Source: Octopus sinensis (lineage: Eukaryota). From it: DNA of 64,000 nt. Each line of letters begins with the position of its first letter. Position 1 is the stretch's first letter. Positions 1 through 13,410 of this stretch are shown piece after piece. The stretch spans positions 39,494,001 through 39,558,000 of the forward strand of contig NC_043007.1 in assembly GCF_006345805.1 (NCBI RefSeq). The letters are read 5' to 3'. The translations under genes and the position numbers were made by a program. The notes below the pieces were generated by a model. It made no database searches. It saw only the letters and a list, made by a program, of their open reading frames with translations, and was not told the DNA's origin.

Positions 1-1177
1 ACACTACCAAGCTTTTTCCTCGTAAAATTTAATGTGTGTGTGTGTGTGTGTGTGCATGTAATGATATTATGCTGTAGTTTATTCATCTAACACATTGAAT
101 ATGTGTGTGTCGAGAAAAGATATATATTATTTTTTTAACATGCAGATATATATATATATATATGTATACACACACACATATGCACACACACATACACACA
201 CACATACATTCATGCACACAGAATTATATACATACATGCATGTGTATAAATAGATAGATGGGATATTATTATGCGATATGAATACACATTATTGTATGTA
301 AAATAAAATTGAATATACATACATACATATATATATATATGTATAAATTTAGATTTTATAGATGTTATATATTTTACAGATACACCTGTACATATACATG
401 CATTTTTATACATACATACAAGTGTTGTCAAATTATTTTTTCTTATTATATTTACATAACTGAATTAGCATATACATAAATGTATATTTGTGATCAAATT
501 GGGTTACATAAACTTATTGTTCTTCATGTAGGTTTAATGTATGTCAACATGTATACATTTTTGAAATGATCCATTGTCTTTTGAGTTATCATCGTGATTG
601 TGGGATGTTGTTTGTATTATACATATATATATATACATATGTATATATATATAATTATTTATAGAGGAAATGATATATGAATATGCTTATGTGTATGCGT
701 GTGAGCAGATACACACATATGCACTTAAATCAGTTAATACACCCAACGTGGTCGGCCCTGCTTCGTTCACATGGTTCCATATATATATACATATATATAT
801 ATATCAAAAAGTCTGTGATATGAAAGAAAAAAAAAATTGGTCCATATATATCTTAGCATGTGACTGACTTTGGACATCAGTTTGCTTATCTTTTGAGCAG
901 TTCCGTTATATTTATATTTATTCCTTATTTTTTTTAATTTTAGGTTAATTTTTGCTTCATTCATTTCTATTATATATATATATTATATCATATATATATA
1001 TAAATATACATAATTTTTCTATTTCTGAAGAATTTCTAATAAGAAATGCCTTACATGTCTTATCTAACATGTAAATCTTTGTAATTCCTATTAGCAAATG
1101 AAACATGTGTAATGGAGAATAAATAATAACCAAAAAATTTCCACTTTCCTGTTTTTTTATATATATATATATATAAT

Positions 1178-1209
<32 letters not shown>

Positions 1210-1631
1210 CGCACATAAACACACACACACATATATATACATATGTATATAAACTGACATACATACACAGCGTGTTTAAGAAACCATCAGTTGGGTACAG
1301 GATATGCATGTAAGTATATTGTATTTTGATTTTCATTCAAAGAATAGGACTGGTTCAATGAAACAGGAGTGTCTTTAAACCGTGAACTTTATTCAAACTG
1401 TAAACATAATAACAAGGACCAAGTTCCTTGTGAAATTTCTTAGTAAAATTTCTGTCTTATAAATTGTTTCGTCATAAACTAAAATATATACATGTGTATG
1501 CGTGTTTTGTGTGAGTATGTTTGTGCATGTGGGTGTGTCTGCATGTAAATATATATATATATATATATATAATATATATTATATATATGTATATATATTA
1601 TATATGATATATATATATATGTATATATATA

Positions 1632-1730
<99 letters not shown>

Positions 1731-1740
1731 GTATATATAT

Positions 1741-2845
1741 ATTCACATAATCATGTTTTTTACCACCTTGATTGTCTCTCTCTCTCTTTCTCACTCACAC
1801 CTCTCTCTCTCTCTCTTTCTCTGTCTTGACGAAGCTCTTTCAAAGATGTTATGGAATGCTGTCACAACAACAATAACTAATATAATGAAACAAAACAATA
1901 ACAACAAAGAAAAGAAAACAAACACAAAACAAGACACATTCAAAGAAACCCACAAACAAACAAAAAATTAATGTTAAAAAAAAAAACAAAAAAAAAACTT
2001 GTGAATTCCGAATGTAAAATGTAACAGTGCACTTGTAAAGTTGATGCAATTGGTTGCATTTGGCATTCTTCGTCTGATTTGGGACAATTCTGAATGCAGA
2101 GGAGGAGAAAAAAAGATGTAAAGAAAATTATAAGAAAATAAATTAAAATAAAATAAAAACAAAAGAGAAACAATTATGGAATGTTTGGGTCATAAATTAT
2201 TGTATGTGTATAGTGTTAGTCAACATGTGTATACATATATTATATATATATATATAATATGTATATATATATATATATATATGTATAGTATATATATTAT
2301 ATCTATAATATATATTTATATAATGTATATATATATTCACATAATCATGTTTTTTACCAACCTTGATTGTCTCTCTCTCTCTTTCTCCTCACTCACTCTG
2401 CTCTCTCTCTCTCCTCTTTCTCTTCTTGACGAAGCTCTTTCAAAGATGTTATGGAATGCTGTCACAACACAATAACTACTATAATGAAACAAAACAATAA
2501 CAACAAAGAAAAGAAAACAAACACAAAACAAGACACATTCAAAGAAACCCACAACAAACAAAATTAATGTTAAAAAAAAAAACAAAAAAAAACTTGTGAA
2601 TTCCGAATGTAAAATGTAACAGTGCACTTGTAAAGTTGATGCAATTGGTGCATTTGGCATTCTTCGTCTGATTTGGGACAATTCTGAATGCAGAGGAGGA
2701 GAAAAAAGATGTAAATAAAATTATAAGAAAATAAATTAAAATAAAATAAAAACAAAAGAGAAACAATTATGGAATGTTTGGGTCATAAATTATTGTATGT
2801 GTATAGTGTTAGTCAACATGTGTATACATATATATATATATATAT
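1741..2845. repeat. Near-identical tandem duplication, unit ~594 bp (1741-2334, 2335-~2845)
   Basis: attcacataatcatgttttt...gacgaagctctttcaaagatgttatggaatgc...gtgaattccgaatgtaaaatg...gtcaacatgtgtatac occurs twice with a period of 593-594 and small indels. Confidence 0.92.
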
Positions 2846-3309
2846 GTATACACAAACATATATATACATGTTGATGAGAGGGTAATCGTGCAATATATAC
2901 ATACATGTATATTACATGATGTTCATATTGATGCTTACACACACACACATATATATGCAAATACAGAATGTAGATATATACATATATATATATAGGTCAT
3001 AATATATATGTATATATCTGAAATCTGTTGACAAATTTATTGTGAAATAAAAAAAAAATTACTTCCAGGAACCCAATTTTTTAAAACATTCTTTTGTTTT
3101 GCATTTTGTAGTTTCTGATTTTAACAGCTTGTGACATAATAATAATAATAATAGTTGTTGTTGTTGTATTGCTTCCTCTTCTTTTTACCACATCTCTCCC
3201 TCTTCCTCCTTCCCCCTATCTCTTTCTCTCTTTATATACTCTTATGTTACTATCCTTCCAGAGTCTCTCTTTCACCTCGCTTTAAGACTGTCCCAGCTAT
3301 TCATATTTG

Positions 3310-3512
3310 GTTTTAAATTTTGGAACAAAGCCAGGAATTTTGGGGAAAGAGCCATGTCAATTAAATGATCAAATCAACTCCAGTACACAACCAGTACTTA
3401 TTTTATTGACCCTGAAATGATAAAAAGCAATGTTGACCTCAGTGGAGTTTGAACACAGAATGCAGAGACGGATAGCGTGCTAACAAAATTCTGCCTGCTT
3501 ACTGCCACCTTG
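3310..3512 (-). mobile_element. Degenerate tRNA-derived SINE, family A (GGCGGCGAGCTGGCAGAA...GTTCAAATTCCGCCGAGGTCGAC type)
   Basis: Aligns by eye to intact copies at 55.0 and 63.0 kb; most CpGs are mutated to TG/CA. Confidence 0.75.
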
Positions 3513-3794
3513 TCAGTTCCTCATACTAAGACACTCAACCCAATCCTCTTACTAGGAATTGTTGTTACAGCTGTTTTCTAATGTATCTGTTGTGTATGTG
3601 TCTGTATGTGTGTGTCCCTGTCCATACTGTGGAAGGTCATAAGCTTGAAACATTAAAGACTTCTTCCAGTTTTCTTCAAGCATCAGACTGATACACTGTT
3701 TGTTATTCTTTTGTTGTCTTCGTATCTTTTAAAATCTTTGTACTATACATATATATGCACACACACACACATATACATACATACATATATATAT

Positions 3795-3847
<53 letters not shown>

Positions 3848-3984
3848 ATATGGGCACAGAAGTAGCACAGAATCTAAATCCAACTGTTTTGAATAATATA
3901 TATACATATATATATATATGTATATATATATAATGAGAGTGTGTCTTTATTTGAGAGCCTAAGAGTGAATGAAATAGCGAGAGG

Positions 3985-4016
<32 letters not shown>

Positions 4017-4539
4017 AAGAAAGCACAGAGAGATAGAGAGCTCCCTCTCCTCCTGTGTCACATGATAAGTACTATACGAGTGAGAGACAACAAGGGAGAT
4101 AATTATATAAACTCCTACACAGTTTTTGTGTCTGGAATGCACGGATGGTGGGGAGGGCAAATAAAAAACAAAAAAAAAAAACAAACAAAAACAAATAAGA
4201 AGTTCAACAAATTCAAAGACGCCCATATATGGACAAGAATTATTGTCGCTCATTATTAGTAGCCGTAGTTGTGATATTAGTAGTGGTGGTTGTAGATGTG
4301 GTATTTGTTTGTAGCTGCAGTTGTAGTAGCTGAGTTGAAGTCGTGATTTCTGAACAAGATGTCTTGGAAAATGTCACATGCTCACTCCCTTTTTCTCTTT
4401 TTCTCATCTCTCTCACACACATACATACATACGTACATACACACACACTCATATATATCATACACATTCACACAATCCCATGTATGTGAGAGTTAATATG
4501 TTTCTATTTTTTCTTTCATATATATATATACACATATAC

Positions 4540-4587
<48 letters not shown>

Positions 4588-4912
4588 ACACACATTTGTT
4601 TGTCTTTTGTCCTTTCTTTCTTTCTTTCTTTCATTTCTTTTTTTCTTCTTTTTTTTTTTTACCTTTAATTATTTTCATTTTCTGCTCTGCTCGGAATTCA
4701 AAAGATAAATAAACAGAAAAAAAAAATTGAAAAAAAAATTAATAATAACAATAATAAAATAAATATTAAAAAAATCATTCCTAAAACTTCTTTTCTTTCA
4801 TTTCTTTTCTTTTAGTTCGAATCTTCATCTCTCCTTTTTGTCTGTTTCTTTGCAATATACTTATTTAAATCATATATATATATATTCATATATATATATA
4901 TATATATACTAT

Positions 4913-5098
4913 TCATGCATCTCCTAGTTGTTCCATCCAATTTGGAGATTTGAAAAATTCAGGCAACGTATCATCCATGCGAGAGATAATTTTGTAGATA
5001 GCTTTCTTCCATGACTGTTCCGAATCTTTACCACTTGAAATAGCCTTGAAGAATTCTCTCAGTGTTGCCTGCACTACTATTCGGAAGTTTTCTGGAAC
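4913..5098 (-). CDS. pros: Terminal coding exon of a prospero/PROX1 homeobox gene (C-terminal Prospero domain), 61 aa + stop
   Basis: Minus-strand translation after a ttctcttttcattgtttccAG acceptor: [61 protein letters not shown]. This matches the Prospero-domain C-terminus as I recall it (Drosophila ...[43 protein letters not shown]...). Phase-0 start at VP as in PROX1. Missed by the ORF track because it lacks a start codon. Confidence 0.97.
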   Translation of the reverse strand, partial: VPENFRIVVQATLREFFKAISSGKDSEQSWKKAIYKIISRMDDTLPEFFKSPNWMEQLGDA

Positions 5099-5150
5099 CT
5101 GGAAACAATGAAAAGAGAATAATAATAATAAAATTTGACAAGATTAGTAA
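5099..5150 (-). promoter_or_regulatory. 3' splice acceptor, short polypyrimidine tract and candidate branch point of the last prospero intron
   Basis: Minus strand reads TTTACTAATC..(TTA)n..TTCTCTTTTCATTGTTTCCAG|GTT. AG at 5100-5099; TACTAAT at 5149-5143. Confidence 0.8.
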
Positions 5151-5530
5151 ATATAAAGACCTGCTAATAGAAATTGAAAAAATGTGGCATGTCAAAGCGA
5201 CTACAGTACCAGTGATTGTAGGATCTCTAGGAATGATAAAAAAAGGTACTGAAACCTATTTGAAAATGATTCCAGGCTCACCATCCCTACAGGAAGTGCA
5301 AAAAATCGTATTAACTGGAACGGCTCATGTACTGAGAAGAGCATTATTGCTGTGAAAACAACATCCATCCATGAATTTATTTATTTATTAATTTTTAAAT
5401 ACATATTTTATCTGTGAATTTGCATGTGTAATCTGGGAATGCATACAATGAGCTTCTCTGCCCTTAGGTGTATGGAAAACACTCGGCGAGAAATAGAAGA
5501 AAATTTGAAGAAAGAAGGAAAAAACATAAT
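5131..5530 (+). mobile_element. 5'-truncated Dong/R4-clade (RLE) non-LTR retrotransposon 3' end with 3' UTR ending in (TAA)n
   Basis: [38 protein letters not shown]...QEVQKIVLTGTAHVLRRAL is the typical RLE C-terminus. The UTR (tgtaatctgggaatgcatacaatg...aaaaaacataataat) recurs inverted at 50762-50880. Confidence 0.88.
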
Positions 5531-5551
5531 AATAATAATAATAATAACAAT

Positions 5552-5852
5552 AAGACCTGGAAATAGAGGTAACTCGAATGTGGAATCTAAGAACAGACAC
5601 AATCCCTATCATAGTAGGCGCATTAGGTATGATAAAAAAATATTCAGACAAATACATAACAAAAACACCAGGACTTACAAACACATATAACATACAGAAA
5701 ATTGCACTACTAGGCACTGCACACATCCTACGCAGAACACTTTCCATACATTAACCATCAAAGCATCACAACAAATCACAGCACATACCCAAGGCACACA
5801 GAGCTGCGCTCGGTAGTGAAGTGAAAGCACGCTATAAAAATAAAACTACTGA
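5552..5852 (+). mobile_element. Second Dong/R4 3' fragment (different subfamily), flanked by (AAT)n
   Basis: DLEIEVTRMWNLRTDTIPIIVGALGMIKKYSDKYITKTPGLTNTYNIQKIALLGTAHILRRTLSIH* followed by a UTR and (AAT)n. Confidence 0.88.
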
Positions 5853-6037
5853 ATAATAATAATAATAATAATAATGATGATGATGGGCATATAACAACAT
5901 GATGACTGCCTTAGCAATCTATCATGGCAAATGCTGGACAGAAGGGTCACACAGGAGAGCTAGGGAGAAGGGGAGATAATAAAGTGGTGGTGATCCCAAA
6001 ACGAAGGTGTGCGTGCGTGTGTATAAGAGAGTTTGTA

Positions 6038-6092
<55 letters not shown>

Positions 6093-6379
6093 ATACACAC
6101 ACATACACATATTACATCTATGTATGTATGCATAGTGTTGTAATATTTTTCATGCCACAACTACCAACACTATCACTGCTACTACAATTATGCAAACAGG
6201 AAAAAGAAAGCCCAGAGAAAAAAAGAGAGCACCACCTCTACTGCCAACACTACTGCTAACACTACCACCATCACCACTACCACTGCAGCAATGCAGACAC
6301 ACACAAAAAAGAAAAAAAGAAACAAAACCAGATGGTTGTGGGTGGGGTGGCTGGATGCCCAAAGAGCAAGCAGCAAATC

Positions 6380-6451
6380 TGCAGCAGAGATCTTCTATGC
6401 AGCAGAGATCTTCTGTGCAGCGGAGATCTTCAATGCAGCGGATATCATTAA
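6380..6451 (+). repeat. 18-bp minisatellite x4 (TGCAGCAGAGATCTTCTA consensus)
   Basis: Units start at 6380, 6398, 6416 and 6434 with progressive divergence. Confidence 0.9.
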
Positions 6452-9400
6452 TCCCACTAAAACTGACATTAGTCAGAACGGATGGGAAAAAAAATTAATG
6501 GAGATGGAGGGGGAGGAAAAGAGACATAGAGAGAGAGAGTGAAAGTTTTCTGAGGTGGGAAGCGATAGGATGAAGGCTATGGGTGGGTGGGTGTAGATGA
6601 CGGGCCATGGTTTTAAAGAAGGGGATGGGCAAAAGGAGAGGAGGGGATGAGGTGGCCGGTGATGAGGGTCAAGAAAGAGATCATCAGGTTACACTCATAC
6701 CAACTAATAATAATAGTAACAACGATTGATGATGGCAGTGATGATGATGATAATGATGATGATGATGATAGTCGTTTCTACAACTACTACAACTAATAAT
6801 AACAGTAATGATAATAATAAAAATGAAACTATTAATGATAATACGAATAATAACGACAACGTTAATAATTAGGGGATGATGATGCTGGTTAGGAAGATGC
6901 TGATGATGATGAGGATAATGATGATGATGATGATGATGATAAATGGAAGTGCGGAACTATGTGCCATTAATTGCTGGCCATTAAGAGGACAGACGCAAAT
7001 TGCACATTGCCCTCTTTGATATTAGTCCGTCGTATTTTTCTTTGGGCATCATCTTCTTTATGTGTGTGCCTTCATATTTTTTTGTTTTTTTTTTTGTTTT
7101 TATTAATTTGTCTTTTTTTTTTATATTTCTCCACCTCTTCTTCCTCCTCCTCCTCCTCCTGCTTCATTCTTTTCTCCCATATTCCTTCTTCTCCATCCCT
7201 CATTTCCATTCAGTTTTTTTTTTCCCTTGCTTTCTGCTCCTCTTTAGCTATTCATCATCATAATTTTTAGCTTTTTCTTCTTCAATTTCTTCCTTGTCTT
7301 TTCATTCATCTTGTGTGTGTGTGTGTGTGAGGGGGATCCAATGTGTGTGTGTGTATACATTTATGTGTGTGTGTATATATATGCACATATATTGTATGTA
7401 TGTATGTATACAAATACAATATACATCCAATATATATTATGTATGTGTGTGTACATATATATGCACATATATAAATATATATGCATTCACATGCACACAT
7501 ACTGTATAGATATACATATATAGTCTTTCTCATCATCATTATCATCATCATCATCATCACAATCATCATATTCCTTTTCATTGTCTTTCTCCTGCTCCTC
7601 CTCTTCTATATCATCATCATTACCATCATCATCATCGCCGACATCACTGCCATAAACTCAAGCGCTGCCGCCACCACCACCACAATCACAACCACTACCC
7701 ATTTCAAACTCATGCATGAAAGGGTGGGGGTGGGGGCTAGGATGTCCATGCTGTAAAGTGGGGGGGAGTGATGGGGTGGGGGAAATGAAAGTGGAGGCTA
7801 TCATACATTATCTGGTAGTTTTCTCGTTTTTCTTTCAATTGTTTGAAGTTGTTTTTGTTGTTGGTGTCGATGTTGTTGTGTGTTTTTTTACACTGAAAAT
7901 ACTCATGTTTTCTTTCTTTCTTTTTCTCTCTCTCTCACCACATTATACAATTTTACCACCCACCACCGCCTCCACTGCCCACCTCCACCTACCAAACTTA
8001 AATGTTCTCACATACATGCATACATATATAAACACACACACACATACATAAATACATATATACACATATATACGCACATACATACACACAAACATGATAT
8101 GTATGTGCATTCATAAATACATATATACATGCATACATACACAAGCATACATACACATACATGCATGCATACATATATATATATGCATGCATATATACAC
8201 ACATGCTTAGATATACAAACGTACTTACATGGATACACATACTTATGCATATACACACACACACACGCATATACATACCCATACATTCATACATACAAAC
8301 ATACACAAACAACACAATTCACCTCAGCCCACCACCACCACCACCACCACTGCCGCCACTACCACCACCAGCACCACTACAATCACTACCACCACCACTA
8401 GCTCCAACAGCAGCATCACCATCATCACAGGCACTGCCATCTCCAAAACCACTACCACAACACCACCACCACCATCATCATCATCATCAGTGTCATCAAT
8501 GAGTCTATCAAATAACCTCAATGTAATTGCTACCCCTGCTAAAAACAGTAGCCAAATTTCACCCAAAATCAAACTCTGCTGGTCTTGAAAAGTGTAACAA
8601 TGGACAGTGTTGCCTTGCAGCTCCCTCTACATAGGAAGAAATTCCCGATGGGTTGGTCATGGCTGGAATGCTTTTCTTTGATCCCATAATTTTGCTTGAT
8701 TGGTGGAGATGGGGGCTAACTTGTGGTCCAACAACATCAACACTCGTCAAAATCATCATCATCAGCATCACTATAGCCATCAATATCACCACCACCATCA
8801 TCATAACCACAGTATCATAACCTTGCTCCCATCATCATCATCATCATCACTATCAACACCATCACCACCACCATCCTCATCATCACTGTTATCATCATCA
8901 GCATCATCATCGTGTGCACCATCATCACAACTCCTTTCTTCTTTTTCACAGCACCATTAAATAAAACAACCGCGACTGTGTTACCTCCATGCATGCCTCT
9001 ACCCCACCCCACCCTCATTCTCTCGCTGCACCTCCACACACCCTCAAGTAGGGAACAGCGGGAGAGTGAGTAGGGAGTGGCAGTGACAGACCTGCTTAAT
9101 AAGGGTCTGATTGCTGGATCCACCACCACCACCACCACTACCACTACCAGCTCTTCCTTGCATGCCACCATCTACAAACAAATCCCCACCATTAGATCAT
9201 GTAGGGGAGGAGGGGATGCAAGGGCAGGGTAGAGGCGAGGAGCAAAGTGAAAGTGAGACATTGTCAAACCATTCCACCACCCACACCAGCTCCACTGCCA
9301 CTCTATGTCCTTCTTTCATTCATAAGATTTACAACAGTGCAAATTAGGTAGAAAGGGAGGGGGGGCAAGAAATTGAGAGGAAAAGAAAAGAGAGTGAGAG

Positions 9401-9712
9401 AGAGGATGAGAGAAAGGGGGAGAGAGAGAAAACGTCAGGAGAGGGAGGGAAGGGAGAGATACTCAATCAGAGACATTGTTATGCAGTGTGTGGCAGTTTG
9501 TCGAGTTTGTCGTAGTATAGTACAGTGCATTATGAGGTAGCATAGCGGTGCATAGCGTTGTTTAACCCTCCAGGACAATCCTGGATTAAACAGACCTGAG
9601 ATCAAATGCATTCCAACCGTGACCATCCCATCTTTAGGCACAGGCCATACCAGAACCATATTATCTGGCACTCAAACAGTTATGATGACAAGGGTTTCAA
9701 CCATCTGAACAG

Positions 9713-9947
9713 CCTATTTCTTTATTACCCACAAGGGGCTAAACACAGAGAGGACAAACAAGGACAGACAAACGGATTGAGTCGATTATATCGACCTCAG
9801 TGCGTAACTGGTACTTAATTTATCGACCTCAAAAGAATGAAAGGCAAAGTCGACCTCGGTGTAATTTGAACTCTGAACATAACGGCAGACGAAATACGGC
9901 TACACATTTCGCCCAGCATGCTAACATTTCTGCCAGCTCGCCGCCAT
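9713..9947 (-). mobile_element. SINE family A (head, core and dimer linker)
   Basis: Reverse complement begins ggcggcgagctggcagaaatgttagc, with B-box gttcagagttcaaattac and core ctttgcctttcattcttttgaggtcgataaattaagtaccag. Confidence 0.88.
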
Positions 9948-10164
9948 TGAATAACCTGATTGTGAAATTAACATCCAAGTGGCTGAGTACTCCACAGACA
10001 TGCATACTCTTAATGTATCCTTTTTTGTTTGTTTTCCGATCTCATTTCTCAGTTCTCTCTGTCCACCTTTCTCGCTCTCTTTCTCTTACAACTGATAACT
10101 CATGTACACATACACACATATAAACATACTCAAACAGCTACATATACACATGCACACGCATATA

Positions 10165-10315
10165 CAGTTTGCGGAGAGCTCACTTTTGCTGAGTGAACTG
10201 AAGCAACATGAAATAAAGAGTCTTATTCAAGGACACAGCGCGTTGCCAAGAATTGAACTCACGACCTTACGATCATGAGCCAAATGCCTCTAACCACCAA
10301 GCCATGTGCCTTTAC
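10165..10315 (-). mobile_element. tRNA-derived SINE family C fragment
   Basis: Reverse complement has A-box tggcttggtggttagagg, B-box gagttcaattc, then gtgtccttgaataagactctttatttcatgttgcttcagttcactcagc. Confidence 0.75.
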
Positions 10316-10844
10316 TACCATATTATCTATCATGTCCTTTTTAAGATAACTGGTGAAGTAGGATTTTGCAGGAGATTTTGCCTGTTATTTCTAGCAGATT
10401 GGGCAACCATGAAAGAGTACCCTCTTTAGAAAACAATTCCAGTTGTAATATGTATAGGCAGTAGTACTGGCGTGGTGTTGCACAGCATTCTGCAGTATAA
10501 TGTGCAGTGAAGGATATAGTGCATTGCTATCATTGCTGTTGTTGTTTAACCCTGGGTAAGCTCTGAATGAGCAGAGTTATATATAATCAACCATTCCAGG
10601 AAAGCTTGGGATGTGTTTGAGGACAGATGAGTGAATTAGATTTTGCTCAAAAGGGTACAGAACCAGCATGATGCAGCAGTGGTAAATCAACATATGCTGT
10701 TGGGCCCCACTGCTGATATCGGGGGTTGCATTCTGATTATAAACCTTAACCCGGATATTTGAGCTGGGAAATGAATGGAATGCCTGATGTGTGTCTTATT
10801 GTGGCTACCCACTCCTAAAAAAATGGAGAATAAGCCTGGGTATA

Positions 10845-11172
10845 TGCCGAGACCCCCTTCGGTTATGACTGACCATGGGATTGCACCTAGAAAGTTACCC
10901 TCTCAGGCATAAGTCCAGGCAAGGTTGTTTACGGAAGACCAGCATACCGGCCTCCCCTCTCCATGCCACCAGTGTTATCCAAGGAAAAGGCAAAGGTCAA
11001 TACAGCTTGGCACCTGTGACATCACAACTCATCTCTACAGCTGAGTGAACTGGAGCAACATGAAGTAAAGTGTCTTGCTCAAGAACACAACACGCAGCCC
11101 GGTCCGGGATTCGAACTCACAACCTCATGATCATAAGCTCGATGCTGTAACCACTGAGCCATGCACTTTCAC
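10845..11172 (-). mobile_element. tRNA-derived SINE family C with RTE-like 3' tail
   Basis: Reverse complement has tggctcagtggttacagc...gagttcgaatccc (A/B boxes), gtgttcttgagcaagacacttta, and tail gcaatcccatggtcagtcataaccgaaggggg. Confidence 0.82.
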
Positions 11173-13410
11173 AAGGCCTGGGTATATATATATATACACA
11201 ATTATATTATATAATGAATGTATCCTGCTATCTGTTTTTTAAAAATATTTTTTGTCCTTTTTTTTTTTTTTGCTTTCTTGTAAGATGTCAGTCTACAGGC
11301 TGTTTTGGTTAAGAAGTTTGCTTTACAACCCTGTGGGTTCAGGTTCAAACCTACTGCATGGCACCTACTATAGCATCAGACCAGTCAATGACGTGTAACT
11401 ATTTGAATATGTAGTGTTTGAGCTTAAAATTGCATGCTTGAGTTTGGAAGTTTGTATGAATGTGTATGTGTGACTTTGAAAACGTGTATGTGTGTATGAG
11501 TTTGTGTGTGCACGTGTGTGTATGTATGTGTGTTTGTCTTGTGTAAAGGAAAATCTGTTGAGGTCTGTCTGTATACATGTATGTATGTGTGTGTGTATGT
11601 ATGTATGTATGTATGCATGCATGTATATATGTGCATATGTGAATATTTGCATATGTGTGCATGTGTGTGTATGTGTGTGATTGCATGTACATGTGTATCT
11701 GTATGCTTGTATATATCTATGTATGTACATGTGTGTGTTCATATTGTGTGAATGAGAACCTATTCTTCTCTGTATATGCGTGTGCATGTGTGTATTTAGC
11801 TGTTTGAGTATATTCATGGTTGTGTATGTGTACATGAGTTATCAGTTGTAAGAGAAGCAGAGAGACAGGGGGGAAAAGAGAACTGAGAGATGAGATTGGA
11901 AAACAAACAAAAAGGGATGAGACTAAAAGTGAAAATTAACAAGAGAAAGAGCCAAAAGGAGAGAAGGGTAATGGTGGGGAGGGTGAAGAAGAACAGGCTA
12001 AGAGGAGAGTGGGAGAACAGGCTAAAAGGAGGGTGGTGGACGGGCACAGTTTATCAAGTTCAAAGAAAAAAAACACCTCTGACCATCAACACAAAGACAC
12101 CACTTTCATAGACACCACCTTGAACATGATCTCATTAGATGCCTAGACCACCACCACCACCACAACCAACTGCATTATCACCACCACCATCATCAACAGT
12201 ATCATCACCATCAATAGACACCATTGCTGGAGCATTAACATACATCACTGATGATTACTCCTGCCTGTTAACATCACCATCCCCACTACCACCAGCCAGT
12301 AGTATCATAACAGTACATTAGCAGCACCACCACTACCACTTCCACCATTATCACAACCACCAACACCACTACCATCAACACTATTACCACTACTACTACA
12401 ACCAACACCATCACGACCACCACTACAATTATAATTACCACCCCCTCCCATCACTAGCATCAGCCACTACTGCTTCCACTGCTGCCTGCGGTTCCAGCCC
12501 ACCACCACTAGCACCACTGCCACCACCACCACCACTATTAACACTGGCCATTATTGCACTACAACAACACTGCAGCCACCACTAATCAAACACACAAACA
12601 CAAACAAAATACCACTAACACGTTCAACAACAAATATCCCCACCACCACCACAACTACAACACCAGAAACACCATTACACCACCACCACTATCACACAAC
12701 ATTATTACACACTACCACATACCACCACCACCAACAACAACAACAACTACCACTAATCAAATGCCACTATTGCGGTGAAACATCACCGCCACTGAAATCC
12801 ACCACCACCATTACTACCACCACTACCACCATCCAGATGCCACTATTGCTAATAAAAGACCACCATCACCACCACCACCACCACCGTCTTAAACCACTAG
12901 TATAGCTATTAACAAAGACCACCACCGTCACCACCACAACCATCAGCACACCGGCAAACACCACTACCACCACCACCACCACCGCCGCCGTCGCCAATTA
13001 TCAAACAATACCACAATCATGAAAAACTGTACTAATTGCACATTAGATTCCCTAAATGGTGCGATTTTTGCCATGTCCCCTTTGCATTTTTTCCCCACTT
13101 CTCATAAAAATGACATTAGCAACAACAATAGCAACAACAGCAGTGGTAGTGACAACAGCAGCAGCAGCTGTAACCACACAGCAAAACAGCACTAGCAACA
13201 ACGACGACAGCAATCGCAACAACAGCAGCAGCAGTAGCAACATCAACAGAGGCAACTGCAACATAGCATTAGCAACAACAACAAGAGTCGTAGCAACACC
13301 AGCAATGGTTACTCTAAGATCCAAAGGCATGAAGAATAAAAGAGAGCAATTATACTTTAAGGGCCAATGAATGACTGAGGGAGCTAGGGGCCAATGAGTG
13401 AATGAGAAAA

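Noticed and set aside
1974-2162. ELSQIRRRMPNATNCINF as a coding exon with an AG acceptor
   Set aside because: No recognisable homology or good donor; it lies downstream of the prospero stop, and the duplicate copy is frameshifted.
5062-5355. 97-aa ORF as a host gene
   Set aside because: It is the antisense of the prospero exon fused through (AAT)n to a Dong/R4 C-terminus.
8505-8560. ..SNYIE|gt as the donor end of the penultimate prospero exon
   Set aside because: Upstream residues (TVFSRG) do not match LNLHYNR.
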